From the NCBI GenBank assembly GCA_963707955.1, contig OY970176.1, positions 320,001 to 384,000 on the forward strand: a stretch of DNA of 64,000 bases. The letters are read 5' to 3'. Every line of letters begins with the position of its first letter. Position 1 is the first letter of the stretch. This stretch comes from Candidatus Bathyarchaeota archaeon (GTDB lineage: Archaea; Thermoproteota; Bathyarchaeia; Bathyarchaeales; Bathycorpusculaceae). Of this stretch, positions 30,224 to 39,182 are shown piece by piece. Below the pieces are notes generated by a model that saw nothing but the letters and a program-made list of their open reading frames with translations, was not told the DNA's origin and searched no databases. Made by a program: the position numbers and the translations under genes.

Positions 30224-31186
30224 TCACCTGTCATCCTTTTGGGCTTCCTCTATTGTCAAACCCGTGTAGTGAGCAAAAACGTCGTCAAGGCTCGGTTCGC
30301 TCATGCGTATTGAAACAATGGGCACGTTTTTCCGGGAGAACAAGTCCATTATCCGCGGTACAACTTCTTCCACCTTGTTCAAGTAGAGACGCAGGCTGCT
30401 CGACTTGACCTGCATGATGTCTACGACTTCTTTCAGGCTCTTGAGATCTGCTATGATTTCCGCTGAGGCGTCCTGTCCGAGTTCTACGTCGACTATGTCC
30501 CCGCCCAGAATGCTGTCCTTCAACTTTTTAGGCGTGCCGCAGACTAGGAGCTTGCCCTTGTGGAGTATTCCCACGCGGTCTGAGAGTCTGTCCGCCTCGT
30601 AGAGCTCGTTTGTGGCTAGAATTATGGTGCTTCCCTCGTCGCGAAGCTCAAGGAGCATGTTCCATATTTTATGCTTGCCGACTATGTCGATCTGAGCTGT
30701 CGGTTCGTCGACTATCGCTATCTTGGGTCTCTGGACTAGGACTTTGGCCATCTCGACCCGTTTGCGCATTCCACCTGAAAGCGCATGAACATTCTTGTTT
30801 CTAGCGTCCCACATCTGAACGGCGTCCAACACTTCTTTGACCCGGAGTTTTCGCTCCGAGGTGGAGAGGCCACACACTTTGGCGTGCCAGTTGATCACGT
30901 CCCATGGGGTGCTGACCCACAGCATCTTGGGTTCTTGAAAAGCAACGCCTAGAACGCCTCGGACTTTTTCAGGTTGCTTCCGGATGTCGAATCCGCCCAC
31001 TAGTGCAGTGCCATCTGTGGGTTTGATAACCGTTGCGAGCATAAGGATCGTGGTCGTCTTGCCCGCGCCGTTAGGCCCTAGAAGCCCGAGGATCTCGCGC
31101 TCCTCAATGTCCAGGTCCAGATGGTCGACGGCGGCGAGGTCTCCATATTTTTTTGTGAGGTTTTGGATCTGAATTACGGGTGCCAT
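30224..31186 (-). CDS. ABC transporter ATP-binding protein (DrrA-like)
   Basis: GPNGAGKTT, LSGGMRKR, VDEPT, EPSLDDVF. Confidence 0.93.
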   Translation of the reverse strand: MAPVIQIQNLTKKYGDLAAVDHLDLDIEEREILGLLGPNGAGKTTTILMLATVIKPTDGTALVGGFDIRKQPEKVRGVLGVAFQEPKMLWVSTPWDVINWHAKVCGLSTSERKLRVKEVLDAVQMWDARNKNVHALSGGMRKRVEMAKVLVQRPKIAIVDEPTAQIDIVGKHKIWNMLLELRDEGSTIILATNELYEADRLSDRVGILHKGKLLVCGTPKKLKDSILGGDIVDVELGQDASAEIIADLKSLKEVVDIMQVKSSSLRLYLNKVEEVVPRIMDLFSRKNVPIVSIRMSEPSLDDVFAHYTGLTIEEAQKDDR

Positions 31187-31436
31187 CGCTACACCATTTG
31201 TGTTAAAGCAGATAGAATGACCGCACAGAGAAATAAGATTAACTCCCTGCTTCAGAAGATCATAGTTTTATTTTTATGGTGTCCTACTCGGACTCAGATT
31301 TTGTCTCGACTGCACACAAAACTGTTGACAGCGTTTCGTCCGAGTCCAAATAACTGTTTCAGATATTCTTTTAGGTCGTGATCCTGAGGGAAGCATTCTT
31401 AAGAATACTCTGGGCAATACATCTTCGTGGCTTGAC

Positions 31437-32825
31437 GTGAAGAGCATGGGGTTCGACTTCGTTGATAAGAACAACATGGGTCTCATGACCGATTTTTATG
31501 AATTGACAATGTGCACCAGCTATTTTGAAAACAAGAGCAACGAAGCCGCAACTTTCGACCTATTCATAAGAAAACTACCCCCAAATAGGTCATACTTCGT
31601 CTTCGCCGGGCTGGAACAAGCTTTGCTTTTTCTTGAAAACATCAAGTTCAGTCAAGACCAAATTAGCTACTTGAGGACAAAAGGATTAAAGGAAGATTTC
31701 CTCGAATACCTGAAAAGCTTCAAATTCACCGGAGACGTATGGTCTGTTTCCGAAGGAACCATAGTTTTTCCTGACGAACCCCTAATCAGGGTGACTGCTC
31801 CCATAATTGAGGCCCAATTGGTTGAGACATTTATCCTCAACACAATAAACCTGCAGACGATGATAACCACTAAAGCCTCAAGAGTTGTTCTCGCGGCACA
31901 AGGCAAGCCCATAATAGAATTCGGCTTGCGAAGAACGCAGGGAACCGACGCTGGAATGAAGGCAGCAAGGTGCAGCTACATCGCAGGAGCCAGCGGAACC
32001 TCAAACGTCCTTGCAGGCATGAAGCACTGTATTCCGGTGTTCGGAACAATGGCCCACTCTTACGTTATGTCCTTTGACCATGAAATCGATGCCTTCAGAA
32101 CTTTCGCGAACACCTTTCCCGAAAACTCAACCCTCCTCATAGACACCTACGACGACCTGAAAGGCGCAGAAAACGCTGCGACCGTCGCATTGGAATTGCA
32201 GGAAAAAGGGCAAAAATTGAGTGGGGTTCGACTCGATAGCGGCGACCTAGTGAACTTGAGCATCAAGGTCAGACACATCCTAGACGCTCATGGGCTTCAA
32301 TACGTCAAAATCTTTGCAAGCGGAGACCTAGACGAATACGCGATCGAAGACCTCACGAAGAAAAAGGCCAAAATTGATGCATTCGGTGTGGGAACAAGAA
32401 TGAGCACGTCCTATGACAGACCATACGTGGACGTCGTGTACAAGCTGTCGGGCAAAGTGGAGCATGGAGTGTTTGTTCCAGTGATGAAACTGAGCAAAGG
32501 CAAGATAACCTTGCCTGGAAAGAAACAGATCTTCAGAAAGCGAAACAAGGAAGGAAGATACCTCAAGGATATTATAGGCCTGGAAAACGAGAAAGTCAAT
32601 GGAGAACCTCTGCTGGTGGAGGTCATGAAGAAAGGCCGCATAACCTACGACGTCCCAAAGTTAGAAGAAACAAGAAGAGTCACCATACAGAACCTTTCGC
32701 TGCTCCCAGACAAGTACAAGAAACTGGCAGGCGCCGCTTTGTATCCAGTCGAACTGAGCGCTGCGCTGAGAAAGATCAGGAATCAGTTGGAGAGGCAGCT
32801 GAGGCGACAGGAGTACTCAGCTTGA
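31437..32825 (+). CDS. pncB: Nicotinate phosphoribosyltransferase
   Basis: TDFYELTM, EFGLRR, GTMAHS, LIDTYD, VRLDSGD, FGVGT, VYKL. Confidence 0.95.
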   Translation: MKSMGFDFVDKNNMGLMTDFYELTMCTSYFENKSNEAATFDLFIRKLPPNRSYFVFAGLEQALLFLENIKFSQDQISYLRTKGLKEDFLEYLKSFKFTGDVWSVSEGTIVFPDEPLIRVTAPIIEAQLVETFILNTINLQTMITTKASRVVLAAQGKPIIEFGLRRTQGTDAGMKAARCSYIAGASGTSNVLAGMKHCIPVFGTMAHSYVMSFDHEIDAFRTFANTFPENSTLLIDTYDDLKGAENAATVALELQEKGQKLSGVRLDSGDLVNLSIKVRHILDAHGLQYVKIFASGDLDEYAIEDLTKKKAKIDAFGVGTRMSTSYDRPYVDVVYKLSGKVEHGVFVPVMKLSKGKITLPGKKQIFRKRNKEGRYLKDIIGLENEKVNGEPLLVEVMKKGRITYDVPKLEETRRVTIQNLSLLPDKYKKLAGAALYPVELSAALRKIRNQLERQLRRQEYSA

Positions 32826-33165
32826 CGCCAAATCCAGCGATGTTTTTCGGCCTTTTCTACGGCAGCTTGTTCGTCTAGAGTATTCATCTTGTCGTTCTCC
32901 ATCGGAATCTTTCCGTCAAACTATGACAGTGCCTGTATCGCTTTCTTCTGCTGAGTAGACGATGTGGCGTAGATGTGGTGCAAGGGTCTAAGATGTGGCT
33001 TTGAAAAAGTCAACTGCGACTATGTCAAAACTTCAAAGATGCAGCCGTAGAACGCAAGGATTCAGAAACTAACAAAAACTGTGCCGAGCAGCGTCTAACA
33101 TCTTCACTTTATGCTCCGTTGAGCCTTCTCGACCTTACTGACGAAATGAAAATGGAAGTGGGGGT

Positions 33166-33579
33166 TTAGATCATCGCTTTGGGTTCTTCAATTCTTCGCA
33201 GGAGAGGACGCAAGGCTGAGTGTGAGACATTTTCCTCTGCTGGTCCGTTCTTCAACATGACTGGGGAGCCTATTTTTCTGCATATGAAGTTGAGCGAATC
33301 TTCAGTGAAGTTCAGTAGGTTTTGTCCCTCAGTCGTTAGTTTGTACACTTTTCTGGGTCTTTCGGTGGACATCTCCCAGTCGCTCTTAACGAAACCTTTC
33401 TTTTCTAATGTTCCAAGTAAGGGGTAGATTGTGCTGGGTCCGAAATAGACTCCGAACGTCTTACGGATCTTAGTGATTATCTGGTATCCGTGCATCGGTT
33501 GTCCGTTGAGGAACTGGAGTATTATGAGGTCTAGAAGGCCTTTCATCAACTTTGTTTGAACTTCTTTTGAGTTGTTCAT
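33166..33579 (-). CDS. PadR family transcriptional regulator
   Basis: GLLDLIIL..PMHGYQI..GPSTIYPLL..LEKKG..RPRKVYKLT. Confidence 0.92.
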   Translation of the reverse strand: MNNSKEVQTKLMKGLLDLIILQFLNGQPMHGYQIITKIRKTFGVYFGPSTIYPLLGTLEKKGFVKSDWEMSTERPRKVYKLTTEGQNLLNFTEDSLNFICRKIGSPVMLKNGPAEENVSHSALRPLLRRIEEPKAMI

Positions 33580-33640
33580 TTCGAACACCTTTCTTTCTCT
33601 TGTATGCCTGTCCAACAGTTTGCCTGTTAGACGTGGCTAC

Positions 33641-33664
33641 GATATGTCTCTTACGAGACGTATC
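33641..33664. promoter_or_regulatory. Inverted repeat GATATGTCTC-N4-GAGACGTATC between divergent PadR genes; putative operator
   Basis: 10-bp arms with one mismatch; TATA-like elements (ctatatac, gatataaa) adjacent. Confidence 0.55.
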
Positions 33665-33824
33665 TTGAGTCTCTATATACACTAGACACGGATATAAACG
33701 TTGATGCGCATCCCAAACATAAAAAAGCATAAAGAAGCATACACAGCAACGTCAGCTTTTACGTAAGTCTAATAAACTCAGACATGAACCACTACAAAAT
33801 AAGCCACGGCTAGAACGTGAAAAA

Positions 33825-34151
33825 GTGGCGGAGATCTTCAGAAAGGAAATTGTACAACGCATCACCAGAAACTTGCTCGACATCCAGGTACTGAGGCTAG
33901 TTCAGACCGAACCCATGTGGGGCTACAAGATTAAAAAGCAGGCAGAAGCAAAATTCGGCGTAAGACTCAGGCATGGAGCACTCTATCCGCTTCTCAACGA
34001 ACTTGAACAAGAGAGCTTCATAATAGGCCAAAACCAGCGACAAGGTGGAAGAAAAAGAAGAGTGTACCAAATCACTAGGAAGGGCGAAGAGTACTTAGAA
34101 GCGTACAAAAGCGTTCTAAAACAACAGTTAGAAGGAAACGACACGAGATAG
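33825..34151 (+). CDS. PadR family transcriptional regulator
   Basis: LLDIQVL..PMWGYKI..HGALYPLLNELE..RKRRVYQITRKG. Confidence 0.92.
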   Translation: MAEIFRKEIVQRITRNLLDIQVLRLVQTEPMWGYKIKKQAEAKFGVRLRHGALYPLLNELEQESFIIGQNQRQGGRKRRVYQITRKGEEYLEAYKSVLKQQLEGNDTR

Positions 34152-34214
34152 GTTCTACTTGGATGAGATTGATACTGTCCGGTTTTAAATATGACAAATA
34201 ATAGGCATGAGATC

Positions 34215-34634
34215 ATGGGAACGCAGAAAAGTCAGAAAAAATCTGGAATGCTTGTGGAGGAACTGAAAGAAAGAAGCAGTAAAGCACTCGAACTTGCAAG
34301 GAAAGCAATTCTTGCTGAAAAAACACAGTGTGGAAAAGTGCTAGAAGCGTTAGAATACTACACTTTGCACTGAAACGACTTCACTCATCCTGGTTTTTTT
34401 TCAATAGCATGCGAGGCTATTGGCGCAGATCCAGATAGTGTTTTGCCAGTTCAGGCGGCCATAACGATGATGGCCGCGGCTTTTGACATTCACGACGACT
34501 TCATCGATGAATCAAAGGCAAAACATGGAGTCCTAACGGTTTTCGGAAAGTTTGGAAAGAACGTAGCTCTCCTTCTGGGGGAAGCCTTTCTGACAGAAGG
34601 TTTTACATGCCCGCTCTATAAAGAGCGACCGTAG
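34215..34634 (+). pseudogene. Truncated paralogue of the downstream polyprenyl-synthase-like gene
   Basis: Colinear with 34701..35699. In-frame TGA at 34371-34373 where the paralogue has Trp (LH*NDFTHPG vs SYWNDFSHPG); FDIHDDFID retained; homology stops after EGFT. Confidence 0.85.
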
Positions 34635-34700
34635 AATAACCTCGGCCATGATGTTGAAGCAGTTAGCTCTTAAATAGAACTGGCAGTCAGAACTAGAGCC

Positions 34701-35699
34701 ATGAACCCCAAGAACAGCCACAAACAATCAGAAGCCATTATGAAGGAACTCAGCAGACGGAGCAGGGAATGCCAAGACTTTGTAAGAAAATCCTTGTTGT
34801 CCGAAAAAATTGAACACAAAGAACTCCGACACGCACTGGAGCACTACTTTTCATACTGGAACGATTTCAGCCACCCCGGAATCTTTTCAATAGCCTGCGA
34901 AGCCGTTGGAGAAGACCCCACCAATCAAATAGAAGGCCAAGTTGCGATGGCAATGCTGGCGGCAGCCTTCGACATACATGATGACATAGTCGATGGTTCA
35001 AAAGCCAAACATGGCTACCCGACAGTTTTCGGCAAATACGGGAAAAACATTGCACTTTTGCTAGGAAATGCGTTTATGATAGATGGCCTCACTTTAATGG
35101 GTAAGGCAGCCAGTAGTCTACCTCATGAGAAATCCAAACAGATCTTCACTGTCTTGAAGACCTCACTTTTTGAAGTTGGAAACGCTCATGCTTCGGAGCT
35201 CCGTCTTAGACGGAGATTGGATGCTTCTCCTGAAGAATACATGAAGATATTGCAGAAGAAGGCAGCAAGCATCGAGGTGGACATGCACGTTGCGGCTCTG
35301 CTTGGTGGAGGAAACTCCAGAGAGGCTGAAGAGTTGGCACGATACGGAGGGATTTTGGGAACATTGGCCACGCTAAGGGAGGAATTCATAGATATTTTCG
35401 AGATCGAAGAACTGAATCAACGGATTAAGGCTCAGGCTTTACCCATTCCTGTGTTGTATGCCTTCCAAGACAAAGAGTCAAGGAAAAAAGTAGAAAAACT
35501 CATAGATAAAGGCGAACTCACGAGCAAGGATGTCGAGAGGCTGCTTGATATTGTCTTGGAGTCAGAATCCGTGGAACGACTGCGAATGTATATGTCGGAT
35601 CTCGTGGCCAGAGCGAATGCAATAACAACTAACGTACGAAATGAAGCGACCAAGAGCCTCCTTAGAAGAATAGCAGCAAGCACTCTTGAGGACTTGTAA
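34701..35699 (+). CDS. Polyprenyl synthetase (trans-IPPS) fold protein with non-canonical motifs
   Basis: FARM DIHDDIVD, PTVFGKYG..ALLLGN. Second Asp-rich motif replaced by LREEFID; no GKRxR or RRG motifs. Confidence 0.88.
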   Translation: MNPKNSHKQSEAIMKELSRRSRECQDFVRKSLLSEKIEHKELRHALEHYFSYWNDFSHPGIFSIACEAVGEDPTNQIEGQVAMAMLAAAFDIHDDIVDGSKAKHGYPTVFGKYGKNIALLLGNAFMIDGLTLMGKAASSLPHEKSKQIFTVLKTSLFEVGNAHASELRLRRRLDASPEEYMKILQKKAASIEVDMHVAALLGGGNSREAEELARYGGILGTLATLREEFIDIFEIEELNQRIKAQALPIPVLYAFQDKESRKKVEKLIDKGELTSKDVERLLDIVLESESVERLRMYMSDLVARANAITTNVRNEATKSLLRRIAASTLEDL

Positions 35700-35718
35700 A
35701 ACCTATGAGGGCAAAGCC

Positions 35719-35784
35719 CTAAACAAGGGGAAAAGTCCTAACTGGAACCGTGCGCGCTTTCTGTTTCTTCACCTTTACCTTCAT
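35719..35784 (-). CDS. Unannotated 21-aa basic peptide MKVKVKKQKARTVPVRTFPLV
   Basis: ATG preceded by GTGAGGGATTGAG; BRE/TATA-like AAAAACTCTTAAG about 45 nt upstream; hairpin AGGGC-TTT-GCCCT at the stop. Confidence 0.55.
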   Translation of the reverse strand: MKVKVKKQKARTVPVRTFPLV

Positions 35785-35806
35785 CTCAATCCCTCACAAT
35801 AATATC

Positions 35807-35845
35807 TGTTCAACACATCTACTACTTAAGAGTTTTTGTTGAACA
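35807..35845. promoter_or_regulatory. Inverted repeat TGTTCAACA-N21-TGTTGAACA bracketing a TATA-like box between the divergent peptide and MFS genes
   Basis: Perfect 9-bp arms at 35807-35815 and 35837-35845, each itself a quasi-palindrome; CTTAAG between them. Confidence 0.6.
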
Positions 35846-35869
35846 TGAATACTGCTGGAAAGTTAAGAA

Positions 35870-37117
35870 ATGTTTTATGTACAGAAATCATTCCTATATA
35901 GCGGGTCGCCGGGCCTTATGCACCAAGCGAGGATTTTCAAAACTAGAGTTCCAGTTAAGAAGTTCGCTCCGGTTCTCGTTCTAGTGCTCAACAGCGTAGT
36001 ATGGTACACGTTGACGATTGATTTGTTAGGCAACTATGTCAACCAAGATCTCTTAATCTTGGGGGTGCACTATGCAGGAATCGCTTTCGCAGCCATTGTG
36101 GGGGCATCATTGTTCAGGCGTTCAAGAGAAACTTGCCTTTTGTTATGGGCGCTTCTTGGGGCAGCCATGACCGCATTATTACCCGCTATTAGTAGTAGCA
36201 ACGTCCCAATCAGCATCTTGATATCGCTTCTGTTTGGGGCCTCCACAGGTATTGGTCTTCCATCATGCCTCGCATATTTCGCAGACGTGACAAACGTCGA
36301 AAACCGTGGAACCTACGGGGGGATTACATGGGGCACTGTTGGTTTCAGCGTCCTCGCACTTGCTTTGTTGATAAGCAGCCTTGGCACAGCCCAAGCGTTC
36401 GAAGTGCTTGCATTATGGAGATTTCTCGGTTTTGTCGCATTTTTCTGCCTGTCGAGGATTCAAGGGAAGATATTACTTGCTTCTCCCGTTCCCTCTTACC
36501 GCTCAATATTTGGCAGAAAAGACATGCTCCTGTATCTGCTTCCATGGGCTATGTTTTCACTAGTGAACTTCGCTGAAACGCCTATACTCAGGAATTCCTT
36601 TGGACCAAACGCTACTCTTGCTGGATTTGTCGAACTTGCAATATCGGGTTTTTTTGCAGTAGTTGGCGGAATACTGGCGGACATCGTAGGCCGAAAAAGA
36701 GTGATTATTACTGGCTTCGTCATTTTGGGTATCGAATACGCCGTTTTTGGCCTTTTCTCGGCAACCCAGGCGATTTGGTACGTGTATATGGTGTTTGATG
36801 GCATTGCTTGGGGGATGTTTGCTGCGGTTTTCTTCATGACAATGTGGGGAGATCTCGCAGACAACAATCAGAAGGAGAAATATTATCTTCTGGGAGGCCT
36901 TTCATATCTTCTCGCTAGTTTTCTTTCAGACGTCGTGACACCGTTCCTCGGCGTCATTCAAGCTGCCGCCGCGTTCTCATTGGCTAGCTTTTTCTTGTTC
37001 TTGGCTGTTTTGCCCCTGATGTATGCCCCTGAAACCTTGCCAGAGAAAAAGATCCGAGAAAGGGAACTCAGAGGCTATTTGGAAAAGGCGAAGAAAGTCA
37101 AAGAGAAATATGTTTAA
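35870..37117 (+). CDS. MFS transporter
   Basis: About 12 TM helices, LADIVGRKRV motif, ENRGTYGG, C-terminal PETLPEK plus charged helix. Confidence 0.9.
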   Translation: MFYVQKSFLYSGSPGLMHQARIFKTRVPVKKFAPVLVLVLNSVVWYTLTIDLLGNYVNQDLLILGVHYAGIAFAAIVGASLFRRSRETCLLLWALLGAAMTALLPAISSSNVPISILISLLFGASTGIGLPSCLAYFADVTNVENRGTYGGITWGTVGFSVLALALLISSLGTAQAFEVLALWRFLGFVAFFCLSRIQGKILLASPVPSYRSIFGRKDMLLYLLPWAMFSLVNFAETPILRNSFGPNATLAGFVELAISGFFAVVGGILADIVGRKRVIITGFVILGIEYAVFGLFSATQAIWYVYMVFDGIAWGMFAAVFFMTMWGDLADNNQKEKYYLLGGLSYLLASFLSDVVTPFLGVIQAAAAFSLASFFLFLAVLPLMYAPETLPEKKIRERELRGYLEKAKKVKEKYV

Positions 37118-37631
37118 GAACAGCTTGTTCTTTTCGTGGATGGAAGAGGCACGTTCTTTCGCGCGATATTGACAACTGAGTTCAATCTGCGGTGCAAATA
37201 CCGTTTTGGCGAGGCGTAGAAGGATGTGGATGAGGACTTTTTTAATTTAAGTTGACTAGTCACTGCCAATGAGAACAAGCTCCAGTGGTGACTGGTTGGA
37301 TAAATTCTGCAGGAAAGACCCTAATTGCATCCTACCCTTTAACCTGGAGAGCCATTGTTCTGTGCTGTTGAAATAAAGCGCGCGATAGAACTGGAAGAGT
37401 CGTCTTCTCCAGACTGTCAACGGCAAGGTTATCTTCATGCTCACATCAACCAGCGAGACTTACGACATTCTTCCTGTCTCAGAAGTCGGACTATTGTCCT
37501 CTCCAGCACAACATTTCCCTTTTCTTTCAAGTTCACATACTGGATGGCAACCATGACAAAGAGAAAATAGAAAAAGGCTTTTTGTCCTCATCATCCTATC
37601 ATATCAAAGTGAGAGAACGAACCTGCGACCA

Positions 37632-38831
37632 ATGGTGAAAATGATGGCGGAGAACGGAGTTATGCGGCATTTGAAGGAACTTTCTGTGACTATCGGTCCA
37701 AGGGGGCCCACTTCTCAAAACGAAAAGAAGGCTGGTGTGTATATAGAGCAAACTATGAAATCGACTGGAATGAGTGTGAATTCGGAGAGATTTGAGTCAA
37801 TAACCTCGTTCTCTTGGATTGTCGTCACATATGTTGTTCTTTTTGTGACAGCAGTAGTTGTCTTTCCAGCAAGCGCGCTAGTGGCGTTCCTCCTAGACTT
37901 GATGACGGTCGCAATCTTCCTAGAGGAGATGAACCTAAAACATGTTCTGTCAAGACTAATGCCAAAGGGAGAAAGCAGGAATATTATTGGAAAAATCATG
38001 CCGAAAAATACTCCAAAGAAACTAGTTGTTCTCACAGGACATTACGACTCAGCCAAACCTTTGCCATTTTTCCATCCTGCCATAGTAAGATATGTTGACC
38101 GTCTCGTTGTCGTTGCTTCGTTGTCAATGATCCTAACAACCGCATTGTACGGACTTGGAGCCTTGTTCCAGTTCTTGGCTCCTATGAAAATGTTCTCCGT
38201 CTATTTTTGGTATGCTTCATTTTCCTTTATGGGATATCTAGGCCTCATAGGTGGGGGTATGGCTTATGGTGAACTTTTCACCAAACCTACCAATGGGGCA
38301 AACGACAACGCCTCAGGAATCAGCGTGATTCTCAGCATCGGCGAAATCCTCTCAAAAGAACCGTTAAAACACACAGAGATTTGGTGCGTAGCAAGTGGCT
38401 GCGAAGAAGCTGGAACAGTTGGGATGAGACGGTTCCTCGATAAGCACGCGGCAACACTGAAAGACAGTTTTGTGTTCAGTGTCGACTGTGTTGGGATTGG
38501 AAACCTAAGATATGTCGTCAAAGAAGGACTATTAAAAACCATCAGCGTGCCTGAGGAACTAGTAAACCTTGTAAGCGAAACGGCATCCAAGAACCCTGAA
38601 CTGAAAGCCAGTCCGATATTTCTCAAATACAAGGCAAGTGATTCTTATCCTGCACTTTCAAGAGGGTTGAAAGCTACATGTATTATATCGGTAAACGAAA
38701 AGAACCTGCCTTTAAACTGGCACTGGCGAACCGATGTATATCAGAACATCGAAGAAAATGCCCTAAAGAAAGCGCGGAAATTCATGTTAGAAATTCTTAG
38801 AACAATCGACACTCCGCAACATAGTTGTTAA
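37632..38831 (+). CDS. Membrane-embedded M28 family metallopeptidase
   Basis: GHYDS, GANDNASG, GCEEAG, SVDCVG, NWHWRTD; TM insertions. Confidence 0.9.
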   Translation: MVKMMAENGVMRHLKELSVTIGPRGPTSQNEKKAGVYIEQTMKSTGMSVNSERFESITSFSWIVVTYVVLFVTAVVVFPASALVAFLLDLMTVAIFLEEMNLKHVLSRLMPKGESRNIIGKIMPKNTPKKLVVLTGHYDSAKPLPFFHPAIVRYVDRLVVVASLSMILTTALYGLGALFQFLAPMKMFSVYFWYASFSFMGYLGLIGGGMAYGELFTKPTNGANDNASGISVILSIGEILSKEPLKHTEIWCVASGCEEAGTVGMRRFLDKHAATLKDSFVFSVDCVGIGNLRYVVKEGLLKTISVPEELVNLVSETASKNPELKASPIFLKYKASDSYPALSRGLKATCIISVNEKNLPLNWHWRTDVYQNIEENALKKARKFMLEILRTIDTPQHSC

Positions 38832-38969
38832 TACAGGTTCTTGCTTCCTACTGCAACCTGGACCGCGTGTTATCCATACTCAGTTTGACTCCTCTCCCTG
38901 TCTTCATCTAAAGTATGAAGTATTTAGGAATCTTTTGCCGCGCACTTGAAGCTCGTAGGGGTTGTTGGG

Positions 38970-39150
38970 TGGTTAACCCCTGTGTTGGAATAATTCAAAT
39001 AGCAACGGCGTTTTCTTGGGCTAGCATTTTCTTGTTTTCGGCTGTCTTGCCGTTAATGTACGCTCTGGAGACTTTGCCTGAAAAGAGGATTAGAAAGAGT
39101 TGAAGGAATACGTTGAGAGAGCGACGAAGGCTAAGCAGAAATATGCTTAA
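38970..39150 (+). pseudogene. Remnant 3' end of a second MFS paralogue
   Basis: VVNPCVGIIQIATAFSWASIFLFSAVLPLMYALETLPEKRIR aligns with VVTPFLGVIQAAAAFSLASFFLFLAVLPLMYAPETLPEKKIR of 35870..37117; ends ..AKQKYA*. Confidence 0.85.
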
Positions 39151-39182
39151 AGGCGAGTTTATTTCTTCTATGATATGAAATC

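Noticed and set aside
32960-33000. GATGTGG repeated three times
   Set aside because: Too short and irregularly spaced for CRISPR or iterons.
34371-34373. TGA at a Trp position as evidence of an alternative genetic code or readthrough
   Set aside because: TGA terminates many intact genes here, and this copy is also truncated, so it is a pseudogene mutation.
37256-37570. Short ORFs between the MFS and M28 genes
   Set aside because: No recognisable motif or consistent frame; probably decayed sequence.
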